Shown here: one piece after another, positions 17,390 through 26,924 of the stretch | Numbering within the stretch: position 1 is the first letter of the stretch | Layout of the letters: each line of letters starts with the position of its first letter | NCBI GenBank assembly: GCA_964465205.1 | Contig: CAYXJO010000004.1 | Coordinates: forward strand, 9,671 to 73,670 | Origin: an uncultured Gammaproteobacteria bacterium | GTDB taxonomy: Bacteria; Patescibacteriota; Patescibacteriia; Magasanikbacterales; GWA2-37-8 | Reading direction: 5' to 3' | DNA: 64,000 nt | The notes under the pieces: model-generated | Told to the model about the DNA's origin: nothing | What the model saw: the letters and a program-made list of their open reading frames with translations, nothing else | The model's database searches: none | Translations under genes and position numbers: made by a program

Positions 17390-18787
17390 TTAGGATGTTG
17401 TTTTTGAACTCCAAAAACCCCACATCGTCCAGATCCACCATATCACCGGCGTATGATGCAACATATTATCTGACACACTCAGTGCCAAATACACAAGAAT
17501 CGAAGAGATGAACACAATATTTGTCCAACTACTATTCCACCCGATTTTTAATTGTGTCAAAAATAGCGTCAAGTAAATAGTGACAAATAACAGTAATCCG
17601 ATAATGCCAGTCTCGAACCCTACTTTAAGATAATCATTGTGCGCTTCTGAGGTATTATCCCAAATATTTTTAACCGGTTTATTATCATCCCACACTTTGG
17701 CAAAAGCGCCATACCCATAGCCAATTATAGGGTGCTCGAAATATAGTGGTAATACTTTGTTGGCTACATCGGCGCGCCACTGAATGGAGTCGGCTTCTTG
17801 ATTACGAGTGGTCAAACGCGCGATTAGTGAATTGGACTGCAAATTAATATTGAATTCGTCTGTCAAAAAATTATTTACCGGATAAAACAAAATATAGAAT
17901 ACTCCCACCGACAGAGCCAGCTCTATTAGTAGTTTTGGCCGATAAATAATCCCAAGGATTATTAAAAATATCAGTAATCCTAGCCAGGCAATACGAGTAT
18001 AAGTAAAGGCCACTATGAGTGCCAATAATATCAGCGCTACAATTAATATGTTCTGTTTTTGAACAAAAATTTTGTTCACCCATGAATCGCTGATTTGGAA
18101 AAGTGGGCGATTGTGCAAGTGTACAAGATATCTATCGGCTATGGCCATAAAAATTAGCAAGGCAAAGGTGGCCATGATGTTGGGGTGAGCGAATGTACCA
18201 TAGATTCTGTTGGGCGTACCGTCGATAGTCATACCGGAATGGGTAATAAACTGGAAAATAGCCACGGTGATAGGTACTATGGCCGAAGAGAATAATGCCC
18301 AGTGTAGCCAGTGACCGTATTTATCTTTGTTTTTTTGATACAAAACGAAAGAAATACCAAATAGTGCAAATAAGTCGAGCGCCTTTACTGTTTCTATAAT
18401 AGTAGTGCTTTTATCGTGGCTCCAAACAAAACTAATCAAACACCAGGCGCAAAAACATATCCATAATTTTTTGAGTGGGATTTTATGCCAGTATTCCGAG
18501 TTTTTGAGAAAGAAGTAAGCAGACCACACCAAAAGAATGCCGGCCAGAGCCGCGTTGATGTTGATATGAATATTTTCATAAGAAAAAATCATCACATCTC
18601 GCCATTGATCGATCGCTGGTCGCGCCACGAGTAGTATCAAGACAGTGTATTCTTTGAAGGTGGCGTGCAAAAGCAAGAACAATAATGCCAAAAAGGCCAG
18701 TATATTAATATTGGTGATTGGGTTGAAGATGATAGTGAGGGTGAATAGTACGGCGAGCCAAGCTATCCCCGGCATTTTCATTTGCAT
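17390..18787 (-). CDS. O-antigen ligase/polymerase family (Wzy_C-like) polytopic membrane protein
   Basis: More than 10 predicted TM helices. Motifs FAHPNIMATF and AHNDYLKVGFETGIIGLLLF are typical of WaaL/O-antigen ligase periplasmic loops. Confidence 0.65.
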   Translation of the reverse strand: MQMKMPGIAWLAVLFTLTIIFNPITNINILAFLALLFLLLHATFKEYTVLILLVARPAIDQWRDVMIFSYENIHININAALAGILLVWSAYFFLKNSEYWHKIPLKKLWICFCAWCLISFVWSHDKSTTIIETVKALDLFALFGISFVLYQKNKDKYGHWLHWALFSSAIVPITVAIFQFITHSGMTIDGTPNRIYGTFAHPNIMATFALLIFMAIADRYLVHLHNRPLFQISDSWVNKIFVQKQNILIVALILLALIVAFTYTRIAWLGLLIFLIILGIIYRPKLLIELALSVGVFYILFYPVNNFLTDEFNINLQSNSLIARLTTRNQEADSIQWRADVANKVLPLYFEHPIIGYGYGAFAKVWDDNKPVKNIWDNTSEAHNDYLKVGFETGIIGLLLFVTIYLTLFLTQLKIGWNSSWTNIVFISSILVYLALSVSDNMLHHTPVIWWIWTMWGFWSSKTTS

Positions 18788-18843
18788 ATAAGTTGATTAT
18801 ATCATCTTTTTAGGCTATAATACAAGGTGTAAGTTTTGATTAA

Positions 18844-18954
18844 GTGGTATGGATATTTAATTTTCTGGCGGCCAGACTTGCACCGGATCGTTGGCGCTAC
18901 GTCCCGCGCGGCGGGATGCGATGGCCGCTGGCGAAAATCAAATATCCATACCAC
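18844..18954. repeat. GC-rich palindromic structured element, copy 2 (111 bp), in inverted orientation to copy 1
   Basis: The core is the reverse complement of the copy-1 core with 6 substitutions, of which at least two pairs are compensatory within stems. Its flanks form a different perfect 15-bp inverted repeat GTGGTATGGATATTT / AAATATCCATACCAC. Confidence 0.6.
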
Positions 18955-18966
18955 CAAATTATATTT

Positions 18967-19953
18967 ATGTCCACCAGATTACCAATTGATTGTGTGATAG
19001 CCGTTACATATCGATGCAATGCACGTTGCACTATGTGTGATATTTGGCAGATAAAAGATTTTCCGGAATTGAAACCAGAAATATTAAAAAAACTTCCCGC
19101 TTCTTTGCGTGATATCAACATCTCCGGCGGTGAGCCGTTTTTGCGTGCCGATTTAATAGAAATAATTCGCGTTTTGAAAGATGTCTGTCCGGTGGCTCGC
19201 ATGGTGATTTCCTCCAATGGTTTTGCCACCGAACTTATTATGGAAAAGATGCGTGAGATTATAAAAATTAATCCCGATATTGGCGTGGCCATCTCTATTG
19301 ATGGTATGGGGGAGATGCACGATGAAATGCGTGGTATTCCAGGTGGTTTCGATAAAGCCATGGCCACCATTAAGGCACTCAAAGAATTAGGTATGACCAA
19401 TTTGCGTTTGGCATTTACCATGGGCGATCGCAATGCCAAACATCTGTCAGCTGTGTATGATCTGTCGCGTTCTTTGGGAATACAGTTTACCCATAGCTTT
19501 GCCCAGAGCTCCGAATTTTATTTTGGCGGTAAACAGAACACCAACACTTTGCGTCGTGATTTGATTTGGGATCAATATGGTTATCTTATAAAACGCGAAC
19601 TCAAAACTTGGCGATTGAAAAATTGGCTGCGCGCTTATTATGCTTATGCCATGCGCGATTTTATTCTAAGTCATGATCAGCCCCTGTCCAACGCGCCGGG
19701 TCGTGATTTTATGTTTATCGACCCATCTGGTGCGGTCTATCCTTCGGTGGTCCACAATATCGTTATGGGAAATTTGCATAAAATAGATGATTTTATGGGT
19801 TGGTGGCTTTCGCCAGATGTCGAGACAAAACGCGCTCAGATAGACGCGCTTAAGTTGCCGATTTGGATGATGTGCACGGCGCGTACAGCGATGTTGCGCC
19901 ACCCGTTTCGAGTAATGTTTTGGGTATTTAAAAATAAATTTTTTGCCAAATAA
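18967..19953 (+). CDS. Radical SAM enzyme of unknown specificity
   Basis: CxxxCxxC motif in CVIAVTYRCNARCTMCD, and a glycine-rich SAM motif ISGGEPF. The start was moved to the internal ATG because the ORF-track N-terminus (from 18844) translates the GC-rich repeat element. Confidence 0.75.
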   Translation: MSTRLPIDCVIAVTYRCNARCTMCDIWQIKDFPELKPEILKKLPASLRDINISGGEPFLRADLIEIIRVLKDVCPVARMVISSNGFATELIMEKMREIIKINPDIGVAISIDGMGEMHDEMRGIPGGFDKAMATIKALKELGMTNLRLAFTMGDRNAKHLSAVYDLSRSLGIQFTHSFAQSSEFYFGGKQNTNTLRRDLIWDQYGYLIKRELKTWRLKNWLRAYYAYAMRDFILSHDQPLSNAPGRDFMFIDPSGAVYPSVVHNIVMGNLHKIDDFMGWWLSPDVETKRAQIDALKLPIWMMCTARTAMLRHPFRVMFWVFKNKFFAK

Positions 19954-19955
19954 AT

Positions 19956-21164
19956 ATGCGTATTATTTTGGTAAATAAATATTGGTATGCGCGCGGTGGT
20001 GCCGAGACGGTGGCACTGCTTACCAAACAACTGCTCGAGAATGCCGGTCATGAAGTGGCTGTGTTTGGTATGTCTCACCCCAAAAATGTTTTTCACAATG
20101 ATTATTTTGTAGATGGAGTGGATTATGAAAATTTACACGGATTGTCCGCTTTTAAATTTGCCAGACGATTTATATCCAATTCTCAGGCACGACGCAATTT
20201 TGCCAAATTGGTGGCGGATTTCAAACCCGACGTAGTGCATCTGCATAATATTTATCATCAAATTTCATTTTCGATTTTGGATGTCACGCGCGCTGAGCAC
20301 ATTCCCACTGTTATGACTTTGCATGATTACAAGCTTATCAGCCCAAATTACAATTTATATCACCACGGAGTAATTGATGAAACTGTGTGTGCACACCCGT
20401 ATTTGTGTTTGTTCAATGATTGTATGGAAAACAAAGCCCGCAGTGCATTGGTGGTGGCCGAGGCGTATTGGCGGCATTTCAAAAAGTACCAACGAGCGAT
20501 AAATGTCTTTGTCAGTCCGAGTCAATTTTTGAAAAATAAATTCGTCGAATATGGATTTTCGGAAAATAATTTTTCAATTTTACCCAATCCATATAGCTTG
20601 AACGCAGTGGCCGCAGAAAATGATAACGATGGTTATGTGTTGTATTACGGTCGTTTATCCAAAGAAAAAGGTTTGAATATTTTGCTCTCTGCCGCTCAGA
20701 AAACTCCGGGGATAAGGTATGCTATAGCCGGCACCGGCCCCCAAGAAAAAGAATTAAAAAAGTTTGCCCTCGACAATAATATTAATAACGTAGATTTTTT
20801 GGGGTATCACACCGGCGCTCGTTTGGAGGACATTGTTTCCAAAGCGCGTTTGGTGGTGTTGCCGTCTGTTTGGTATGAAAATTATCCGATGAGCATATTG
20901 GGTGCTCACGCGCGCGGCAAAATCGTGATTGCCAGTAATATCGGCGGTATTCCAGAATTGGTCGGGGAAGAATTCTTGGTGCCAGCCGGCGACGCGACTG
21001 CTTTGGCGGCGATTGTGGACAAATGGTATCGTGCGAGCGAAAACGAACGCCGTTTGGTCGGCCGTAAATTACGCGAACAAATTGAAAAAACTAATAGTCC
21101 GGAGAAATATTTAAGCAACCTGCTAAATATTTATGCCTCGGCACAAACACAAATTAAACATTGA
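19956..21164 (+). CDS. Glycosyltransferase family 4 (GT-B fold)
   Basis: C-terminal EX7E-type motif GGIPELVGEE. GT4 architecture and length. Confidence 0.8.
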   Translation: MRIILVNKYWYARGGAETVALLTKQLLENAGHEVAVFGMSHPKNVFHNDYFVDGVDYENLHGLSAFKFARRFISNSQARRNFAKLVADFKPDVVHLHNIYHQISFSILDVTRAEHIPTVMTLHDYKLISPNYNLYHHGVIDETVCAHPYLCLFNDCMENKARSALVVAEAYWRHFKKYQRAINVFVSPSQFLKNKFVEYGFSENNFSILPNPYSLNAVAAENDNDGYVLYYGRLSKEKGLNILLSAAQKTPGIRYAIAGTGPQEKELKKFALDNNINNVDFLGYHTGARLEDIVSKARLVVLPSVWYENYPMSILGAHARGKIVIASNIGGIPELVGEEFLVPAGDATALAAIVDKWYRASENERRLVGRKLREQIEKTNSPEKYLSNLLNIYASAQTQIKH

Positions 21165-23160
21165 GATCAAAATTTATAAAAGTATCATTTTTGTTTTTCT
21201 CGCCTTGGTTATCGCGGGCGGGGTTTTTTATATTGCACGCGCAAAAAACGCCAACCAATATCCGCGGCTAGCCAATTATATTTTGGGTACGCTGCCTACC
21301 GATAGTGAAAGTATCGCCAAATTGGCCAAACAAGATCTGCTCATCATTAGTCCGGAACAGGGGACTGTCCGGCGTAGTGTGATTGATACTATTCGACAAA
21401 TAAACCCCAATATTATCTTGCTGGCTTATGTGCCGGCACCTACATATAATACCGCCGCTTGGGGTGTATATCCGGCCAATACTCTGTACAAAAATTTTCA
21501 TGTGCCGGATAGTTGTTGGTTGCGCGATAGTAGTGGTAATATGATTAGTAACTGGTGGCCGGGTCTTAAGCATATGAATTTATCGCCATCGTGTAGTGAA
21601 AATTTAATTAATTTCACGCGTGACAATGTTTTGTCACAAGGAATTTGGGATGGGATTTTTTATGACATGATTTTTGATAATATTAGTTGGCTCAATGATG
21701 GCGATATTGATTTAAATGGCGACGGCGCCAAAGATAATAAATCTTGGGCAGATGCCGAGTGGCAAAAACGCACCGTTTATCTTTTGGATCGCTCTCGTAC
21801 TTTATCTGTAAAATATATTTTGATTAACGGCAGTTCGGTATCAGATTACCAGTCCTATGTAAACGGGCGCATGTACGAAAATTTCCCCACTCCATGGGAA
21901 GCGGGTGGCTCGTGGAGCGGTATTATGAGTGGCCTGGTGCGTAACGCCGCGGCTAATCAATCACCCAAGATGTATGTAGTGAATGCTAATACCAAAAATA
22001 CCGGCAATAAAAATGATTATCGCCGCATGCGTTTTGGTTTGGGTAGTGCACTCATGTTTGATAATGTTTATTTTAGCTTTGATTATGGTGACAAAGATCA
22101 TAATCAAGTGTGGTGGTATGACGAATATGATGTGAGTCTGGGTACGCCTGCCGGGCCGGCACGTTCCATGAATAATCGCACGCAATTTACCGATGATGTA
22201 TGGCGACGTGATTATACCAATGGTATTGCACTAGTGAATCCAACCACTCAAGCGCAGAATATTGATTTGGGTGGCGAGTTCGAAAAAATAAGCGGCACCC
22301 AGGATCGCGCGGTCAATAGCGGTTTGATTGTGGACAGAGTTCAGGTCGGATCAAAGGATGCCGTACTAATGCTTAAAACTTTTCAAACAGTAGATGGAGC
22401 TGTTTTTGCCAATGGTGCGTTTTTGCGTTTTTATAATACAAAAGGCACCCGCGCGCGCAACGGTTTTTTTGCCTTTGATGATTCGGTCGCTGGTGGTAGC
22501 TCGGTGTGGCGTGGTGATTTGGATAATGATGGGCGTCTAGAGCGCGTAGTAATGACCGGATACAAAATGCAAATTTATAATCAAGATGGTAATTTTTGGT
22601 ATGATGACTATCCGTTGGGCTGGAATGTCAAAGGCGGTACGCGGTTCGCGGTAGGTCGCACCAAATCCAAAACCAACAATATTTTGGTTAGTACCATGAT
22701 TGGCGGCAAGGTAGCTTTGCTCAATCAATATGGTCAAATGATTAATCGCGAATTTTATCCTCTGGGTAAAAAATTTAGTGGCGGATTTTCGGTGGCCATC
22801 GGTGATGTGGATGGTGACGGTAAAGGTGAAAACATTATTGGTGTAGGCGCAGGCAAGCCGGCCGAAGTGATTATTTATGATGAGAATTTGAAAAAGATTA
22901 AAAAGAGATTTTATCCGTATGAGAAAAATTTTACCGGCGGGGTGGAGGTAGCGACCGGTGATGTGAATGGTGATGGTAAGGTAGAAATTATTACTTTGCC
23001 CATGAAAAATAAAAAACCCGTTGTGCGGGTGTATAGCGGTGTGGGTAAAAAAATATCTGAGTTTACGATGAGTAGTAGTTTTGGTGGTAAGAATTATACT
23101 ATTGGTGCCGCTGATGTGAATTTTGATGGACGAGTGGAGATTGTTGTTGGTGGCAATTAG
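21133..23160 (+). CDS. N-terminally anchored secreted protein with a putative glycoside-hydrolase-like TIM-barrel N-domain (tentative) and C-terminal FG-GAP/VCBS-type repeats
   Basis: N-terminal TM IIFVFLALVIAGGVFYIA. Repeats GDVDGDGKGENIIGVG, GDVNGDGKVEIITLP and ADVNFDGRVEIVVGG match FG-GAP Ca-binding loops. Confidence 0.55.
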   Translation: MPRHKHKLNIEIKIYKSIIFVFLALVIAGGVFYIARAKNANQYPRLANYILGTLPTDSESIAKLAKQDLLIISPEQGTVRRSVIDTIRQINPNIILLAYVPAPTYNTAAWGVYPANTLYKNFHVPDSCWLRDSSGNMISNWWPGLKHMNLSPSCSENLINFTRDNVLSQGIWDGIFYDMIFDNISWLNDGDIDLNGDGAKDNKSWADAEWQKRTVYLLDRSRTLSVKYILINGSSVSDYQSYVNGRMYENFPTPWEAGGSWSGIMSGLVRNAAANQSPKMYVVNANTKNTGNKNDYRRMRFGLGSALMFDNVYFSFDYGDKDHNQVWWYDEYDVSLGTPAGPARSMNNRTQFTDDVWRRDYTNGIALVNPTTQAQNIDLGGEFEKISGTQDRAVNSGLIVDRVQVGSKDAVLMLKTFQTVDGAVFANGAFLRFYNTKGTRARNGFFAFDDSVAGGSSVWRGDLDNDGRLERVVMTGYKMQIYNQDGNFWYDDYPLGWNVKGGTRFAVGRTKSKTNNILVSTMIGGKVALLNQYGQMINREFYPLGKKFSGGFSVAIGDVDGDGKGENIIGVGAGKPAEVIIYDENLKKIKKRFYPYEKNFTGGVEVATGDVNGDGKVEIITLPMKNKKPVVRVYSGVGKKISEFTMSSSFGGKNYTIGAADVNFDGRVEIVVGGN

Positions 23161-23164
23161 TTTT

Positions 23165-24091
23165 TTATTTGCCGGTAAAAATACAGACTACCGGCCCGCT
23201 GAATATATGGCCGGCGGCGAGCGCTTGTTGCAAGCCGACAATTGCCAGTGCGCTGTTGGTAGAAATTTCAATGTTTGCGGTTTGTTTTACGAGTTCAATT
23301 GCGGATTTTATTTCAGCATCCGTTGCTACCCAGCCCAATCCTTGGCTGTTTTTTAATACTGTCAAAATTTTGTTTTTGCGATGCGCTATTTTATCTACAA
23401 TCGCGCCAGCCAAAGATGTGTTGGTTGGCACTGTGGCGATATTGGTTACCAGTGGATGGCAAGCGGAGGTTTGAACTATGTGTATTTGTGGATTTATTTT
23501 GATTTTTTGAAAAGCTTCATATAGACCTTGGGCGGTGGTGCCGCTACTGGTCGGTATAAATACGGCCGATAAATTTTTTATCTCGGCCAGTTCTTGGGCC
23601 AGTTCGGTATAGCCAACGAGCGCTATATCATCGGTAGATTGGCGCAGGTTTTTTATCGCACCACCACAGATACCGGTCTGACAACCGTCTTTTTCGCTTT
23701 GGAAGGCCGTTTGTTTGGGATTGGATACTTGTTGCATCTCTATCGCCGGATCCGACGTGATAATATCTTGCAAAATTTTTAATTTATCGGCATTAATTTT
23801 CTTACCAACAAAAATAGTTAACGAAATCTTATCGGTGTGATCGTGGTTGTGGGCGGCAATTGTAATAGCGGCGGCGATAGCCGCATTGCCCGAAGAAGCG
23901 ATTACAAAATTTCGCACACCGGCGGATAAATAATATTCAATCATCGCGGGAATCGATCGCCCTTTGTGTGAAAGTAAAGGGTGTAAATCTTCACGTTTCA
24001 AATATAGCGGTGTGTTGAGGCCGATTTTTGTCGCCAGTTTTTCGAATTGTATTTGAGGAGTTATCATGTTGATAAATTTTTTTGACAACAA
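23165..24091 (-). CDS. PLP-dependent enzyme, fold type II (threonine-synthase / cysteine-synthase-like)
   Basis: Putative PLP lysine in LLSHKGRS. Gly-rich loops SSGNAAIAAA and TSSGTTAQG. The true start may be the internal MITPQ. Confidence 0.55.
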   Translation of the reverse strand: MLSKKFINMITPQIQFEKLATKIGLNTPLYLKREDLHPLLSHKGRSIPAMIEYYLSAGVRNFVIASSGNAAIAAAITIAAHNHDHTDKISLTIFVGKKINADKLKILQDIITSDPAIEMQQVSNPKQTAFQSEKDGCQTGICGGAIKNLRQSTDDIALVGYTELAQELAEIKNLSAVFIPTSSGTTAQGLYEAFQKIKINPQIHIVQTSACHPLVTNIATVPTNTSLAGAIVDKIAHRKNKILTVLKNSQGLGWVATDAEIKSAIELVKQTANIEISTNSALAIVGLQQALAAGHIFSGPVVCIFTGK

Positions 24092-24145
24092 TTTTTATCT
24101 TTGATATATTACCCGGCGTTATCTTAATTTATTTTTTATTAATTT

Positions 24146-24310
24146 ATGAAATTAGTTTGCCCGGAATGTAAAAATAACGTTGATTTGTCCACTTATCATG
24201 ATTTGGCGGTCGGCCACATTGTCGAATGCAATCATTGCGGTATTACTCTCATGGTAACCAAAGTCAGTGATGATAGTGTGGAGGCGGAAATTGTCGATGA
24301 GGGCAAATAA
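24146..24310 (+). CDS. Small zinc-ribbon protein (54 aa, CxxC...CxxC), LysW-like. Absent from the ORF track because it falls below the size cutoff.
   Basis: Translation MKLVCPECKNNVDLSTYHDLAVGHIVECNHCGITLMVTKVSDDSVEAEIVDEGK. A hairpin terminator follows at 24313-24345. Confidence 0.45.
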   Translation: MKLVCPECKNNVDLSTYHDLAVGHIVECNHCGITLMVTKVSDDSVEAEIVDEGK

Positions 24311-24344
24311 ATTGTTAATCAAGCGGGCTCGCGAGAGCTCGTTT

Positions 24345-24902
24345 TTATTTTGGTAGAAAAATTAAATTACGTAATTCATCTAGTTGATTATTTAATTTCA
24401 ACTTGGCGATATATAGGGCCAAATTTGATCCCCAGTATTTGTCGGATAAAATATTTTCTACGAATTCATCAAAATTTAATTCTAGTATTTTTATTTTTTC
24501 ACCACTGTCCAATTTGGGCTCGCTGACTTTGGTGCAATTGCGGGCGATGTACACGTAGATAGTCCAATCAATTTTATAAAATGGTTCAAAAGTTTGCCAT
24601 AAATACCAGTCATCACTGTGCAATCCGGTTTCTTCGAGTAGTTCGCGCCGAGCGCTCTCCTGGGGTGATTCGTCGGGCTCTTGGCGCCCGCCAAACATAG
24701 ACACAGCACGCGCTGTGATTCCTGGTTGTTCTTCGTTGGCAAGTAGGATTTTGTCACCCATGGTGGCTATTACTTGTACGGTATTTGGGCGTTTCAGCAT
24801 TTCAAAAGTAGATTTCGAACCGTCAAACATTTCTTGTTCCCATTGATAAGTATCAAAGATTATTCCCGAGAACACTTTTTGGGCTTCATTAGGTATTTTC
24901 AT
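24345..24902 (-). CDS. NUDIX hydrolase
   Basis: Nudix box GGRQEPDESPQESARRELLEETG. Confidence 0.8.
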   Translation of the reverse strand: MKIPNEAQKVFSGIIFDTYQWEQEMFDGSKSTFEMLKRPNTVQVIATMGDKILLANEEQPGITARAVSMFGGRQEPDESPQESARRELLEETGLHSDDWYLWQTFEPFYKIDWTIYVYIARNCTKVSEPKLDSGEKIKILELNFDEFVENILSDKYWGSNLALYIAKLKLNNQLDELRNLIFLPK

Positions 24903-24903
24903 A

Positions 24904-26265
24904 TTATTGAATTATTGCTTCAATCATACCACGAAATCCATGGCTGCCACAGAATATTATTATGTCTCCAGTGGTGGCATTTGTTTTTAGGTATTGTATG
25001 AGTTCGGTATCTTCGGCTACATACACGGCTTGTCCACCCCCGCGGTTGATAATATCCGCCAAAGTTTCGCCCGAGATAAATTCGGCATCGTTTTTTAATT
25101 TGGTAAGATGAGGAATTAGCACCATATTCGCGGCAGTAAAAGCGCCGGCGTATTGCGGCTCGGCTTCCGGTTTGCGGTTGCCGGAATTTGGTTCAAACAC
25201 GCAAAATATTTTTCCGGTGTAAATTTTACGCAAAGTTTCCAAAACACTCCTCACTTTGATAGGGGAATGGGCAATGTCGTCGAATATAATCGCTCCTGTT
25301 TTGGTCATGCCGCGTTTTTCTAGACGGCGTTTGATGCCGCCGAATGACTTGATGCTTTCAATAATTTTTTCCGGCGCAATACCGATTTGGTGCGCCAGAG
25401 CAAAAGCGCCGCAAATATTTTCGGCTTGGTATTCTCCCAATAGGTTGGTGTGAATGCGAAATTCGGTATTTTGAAATTTGATAGTGAATTCCAGCCCAAG
25501 AGGTGACGAGATTATGTCGGTGTAATAATAGTCACAGCGAGCGGTACGCCCATAAATGATTTTGTTTTCTTGCGCGCGGTCCGCTATTTCAGTCGGCACG
25601 TTCTCGCTCATAACTGTTAGCCCGGTAGGTGGAATTGAGGATAATAATTTTTCAAAAACGGAATAGTAATCTTTTTCGGTCGGGTATACATCGGCATGAT
25701 CCCATTGTACCGCCGTAAGTAGTAAATGTGTTGGAGAGTAATGAAAAAATTTGGGACCACTATCCCAGCGCGAGGTTTTATATTCGTCGCCCTCAAGCAC
25801 ACTCCATTCTCCGCCCAGATCATCAGCGGCTAATTCGGGTGTGCCAGAAAGCGCGCCAAACATGTAGGCCGGTTTTTTGTCGGCATTGATGAGCATCCAC
25901 GAGAGTAGGGCGGTAGTAGAAGTTTTGCCGTAAGTGCCGGCGCAGACAATGGAATTTGTATGGACCAATTCGCGCGCAATGAGCTCAGGATAGGAAACGT
26001 ACGGAATGTTATTTTTTTGTACAAACAAAAACTCCGGATTTTCACTGCCGGCCACATTGCCCACCACCACCAAGTCCGGCTTGCCCATTTTTTCGGGGTG
26101 CCAGCCAGCGTAATAGGCGATGTGATTGTTTTGTAGGTGAGTAGAAATCGGGGGATAAAATCCAACATCACTACCGGTGACGTCCCAACCTTTGTTTTTC
26201 ATGCATATCGCGAGCGCCCCCATGCCTACGCCACAGATGCCGATAAAATGAATATGCTTTGGCAT
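24904..26265 (-). CDS. murC: UDP-N-acetylmuramate--L-alanine ligase (MurC/Mpl-type Mur ligase)
   Basis: N-terminal HFIGICGVGMGALA motif and Mur ligase central and C-terminal regions. 453 aa. Confidence 0.7.
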   Translation of the reverse strand: MPKHIHFIGICGVGMGALAICMKNKGWDVTGSDVGFYPPISTHLQNNHIAYYAGWHPEKMGKPDLVVVGNVAGSENPEFLFVQKNNIPYVSYPELIARELVHTNSIVCAGTYGKTSTTALLSWMLINADKKPAYMFGALSGTPELAADDLGGEWSVLEGDEYKTSRWDSGPKFFHYSPTHLLLTAVQWDHADVYPTEKDYYSVFEKLLSSIPPTGLTVMSENVPTEIADRAQENKIIYGRTARCDYYYTDIISSPLGLEFTIKFQNTEFRIHTNLLGEYQAENICGAFALAHQIGIAPEKIIESIKSFGGIKRRLEKRGMTKTGAIIFDDIAHSPIKVRSVLETLRKIYTGKIFCVFEPNSGNRKPEAEPQYAGAFTAANMVLIPHLTKLKNDAEFISGETLADIINRGGGQAVYVAEDTELIQYLKTNATTGDIIIFCGSHGFRGMIEAIIQ

Positions 26266-26267
26266 AA

Positions 26268-26915
26268 TTATTTAAAAATATTTTTCAATTCTTCCACATC
26301 GGTGTTCCATGTTTTCTTGTTCCACCACTCAAATCCGCTAAATTGTGTTTTGTATAGCGCCGCTCCATCTTTCGCGCTACCCAAATAAACAAATTTTTTG
26401 TTATTTTCTTTGGCCCATACAATCGCGCGCGTCATCATACCGATACCGAGATTGGGTATATTAGTATCTAAATTATAAAGTGGATAGCTATAATGTAAAA
26501 TTTTATCATTTGCAAAACAAATCGCATAGCCAACTGGATTATTATCTATAGAAAATTTCAAAAGTAAATTAAAGTTACTTTTTTCACCGTCAGTCAAAAG
26601 TTCTTTGATTTTATTGGCGCTAAAAATTCCGGGACCAAACTTGGTATCGTAAAAATTTTTTCCCATTTTTCCAATTTCCCAAGAATAATCTGCGTAGGGG
26701 ATAGTAGTCACTTCCATTTTTACATTTTCCGTTTTACGCAACACCCGGCGATTCTCGCTGCTCAATTCAAATTTGCTCAAATCCACTCGCACGCTGCGTG
26801 TTTCGTACATGGCACCCCGGCCTGCGCGTGTAAACAAAAATCCGGCGTCATAGAGCGCATAGATGTTATTTTCAGAAAAGTCGGTAATAGTTTTTTCGGA
26901 CCAAACGAGGTACAT
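26268..26915 (-). CDS. Aminoacyl-tRNA--protein transferase-like protein (Ate1/Bpt ATE_C-type GNAT fold; Fem-related) lacking the N-terminal Cys domain
   Basis: Matches ATE_C signature positions: SSENRRVL, VYLGSAKDGA (compare YYLGYW) and LYKTQFSGFEWW (compare YKxxFxPxE...W). Confidence 0.5.
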   Translation of the reverse strand: MYLVWSEKTITDFSENNIYALYDAGFLFTRAGRGAMYETRSVRVDLSKFELSSENRRVLRKTENVKMEVTTIPYADYSWEIGKMGKNFYDTKFGPGIFSANKIKELLTDGEKSNFNLLLKFSIDNNPVGYAICFANDKILHYSYPLYNLDTNIPNLGIGMMTRAIVWAKENNKKFVYLGSAKDGAALYKTQFSGFEWWNKKTWNTDVEELKNIFK

Positions 26916-26924
26916 ATTATAATT

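Noticed and set aside
18844-18966. N-terminal 41-aa extension of the radical-SAM ORF (MVWIFNFLAARLAPDRWRYVPRGGMRWPLAKIKYPYHQIIF)
   Set aside because: It is the translation of GC-rich palindromic element copy 2. The real start is the ATG at 18967, just before the CxxxCxxC motif.
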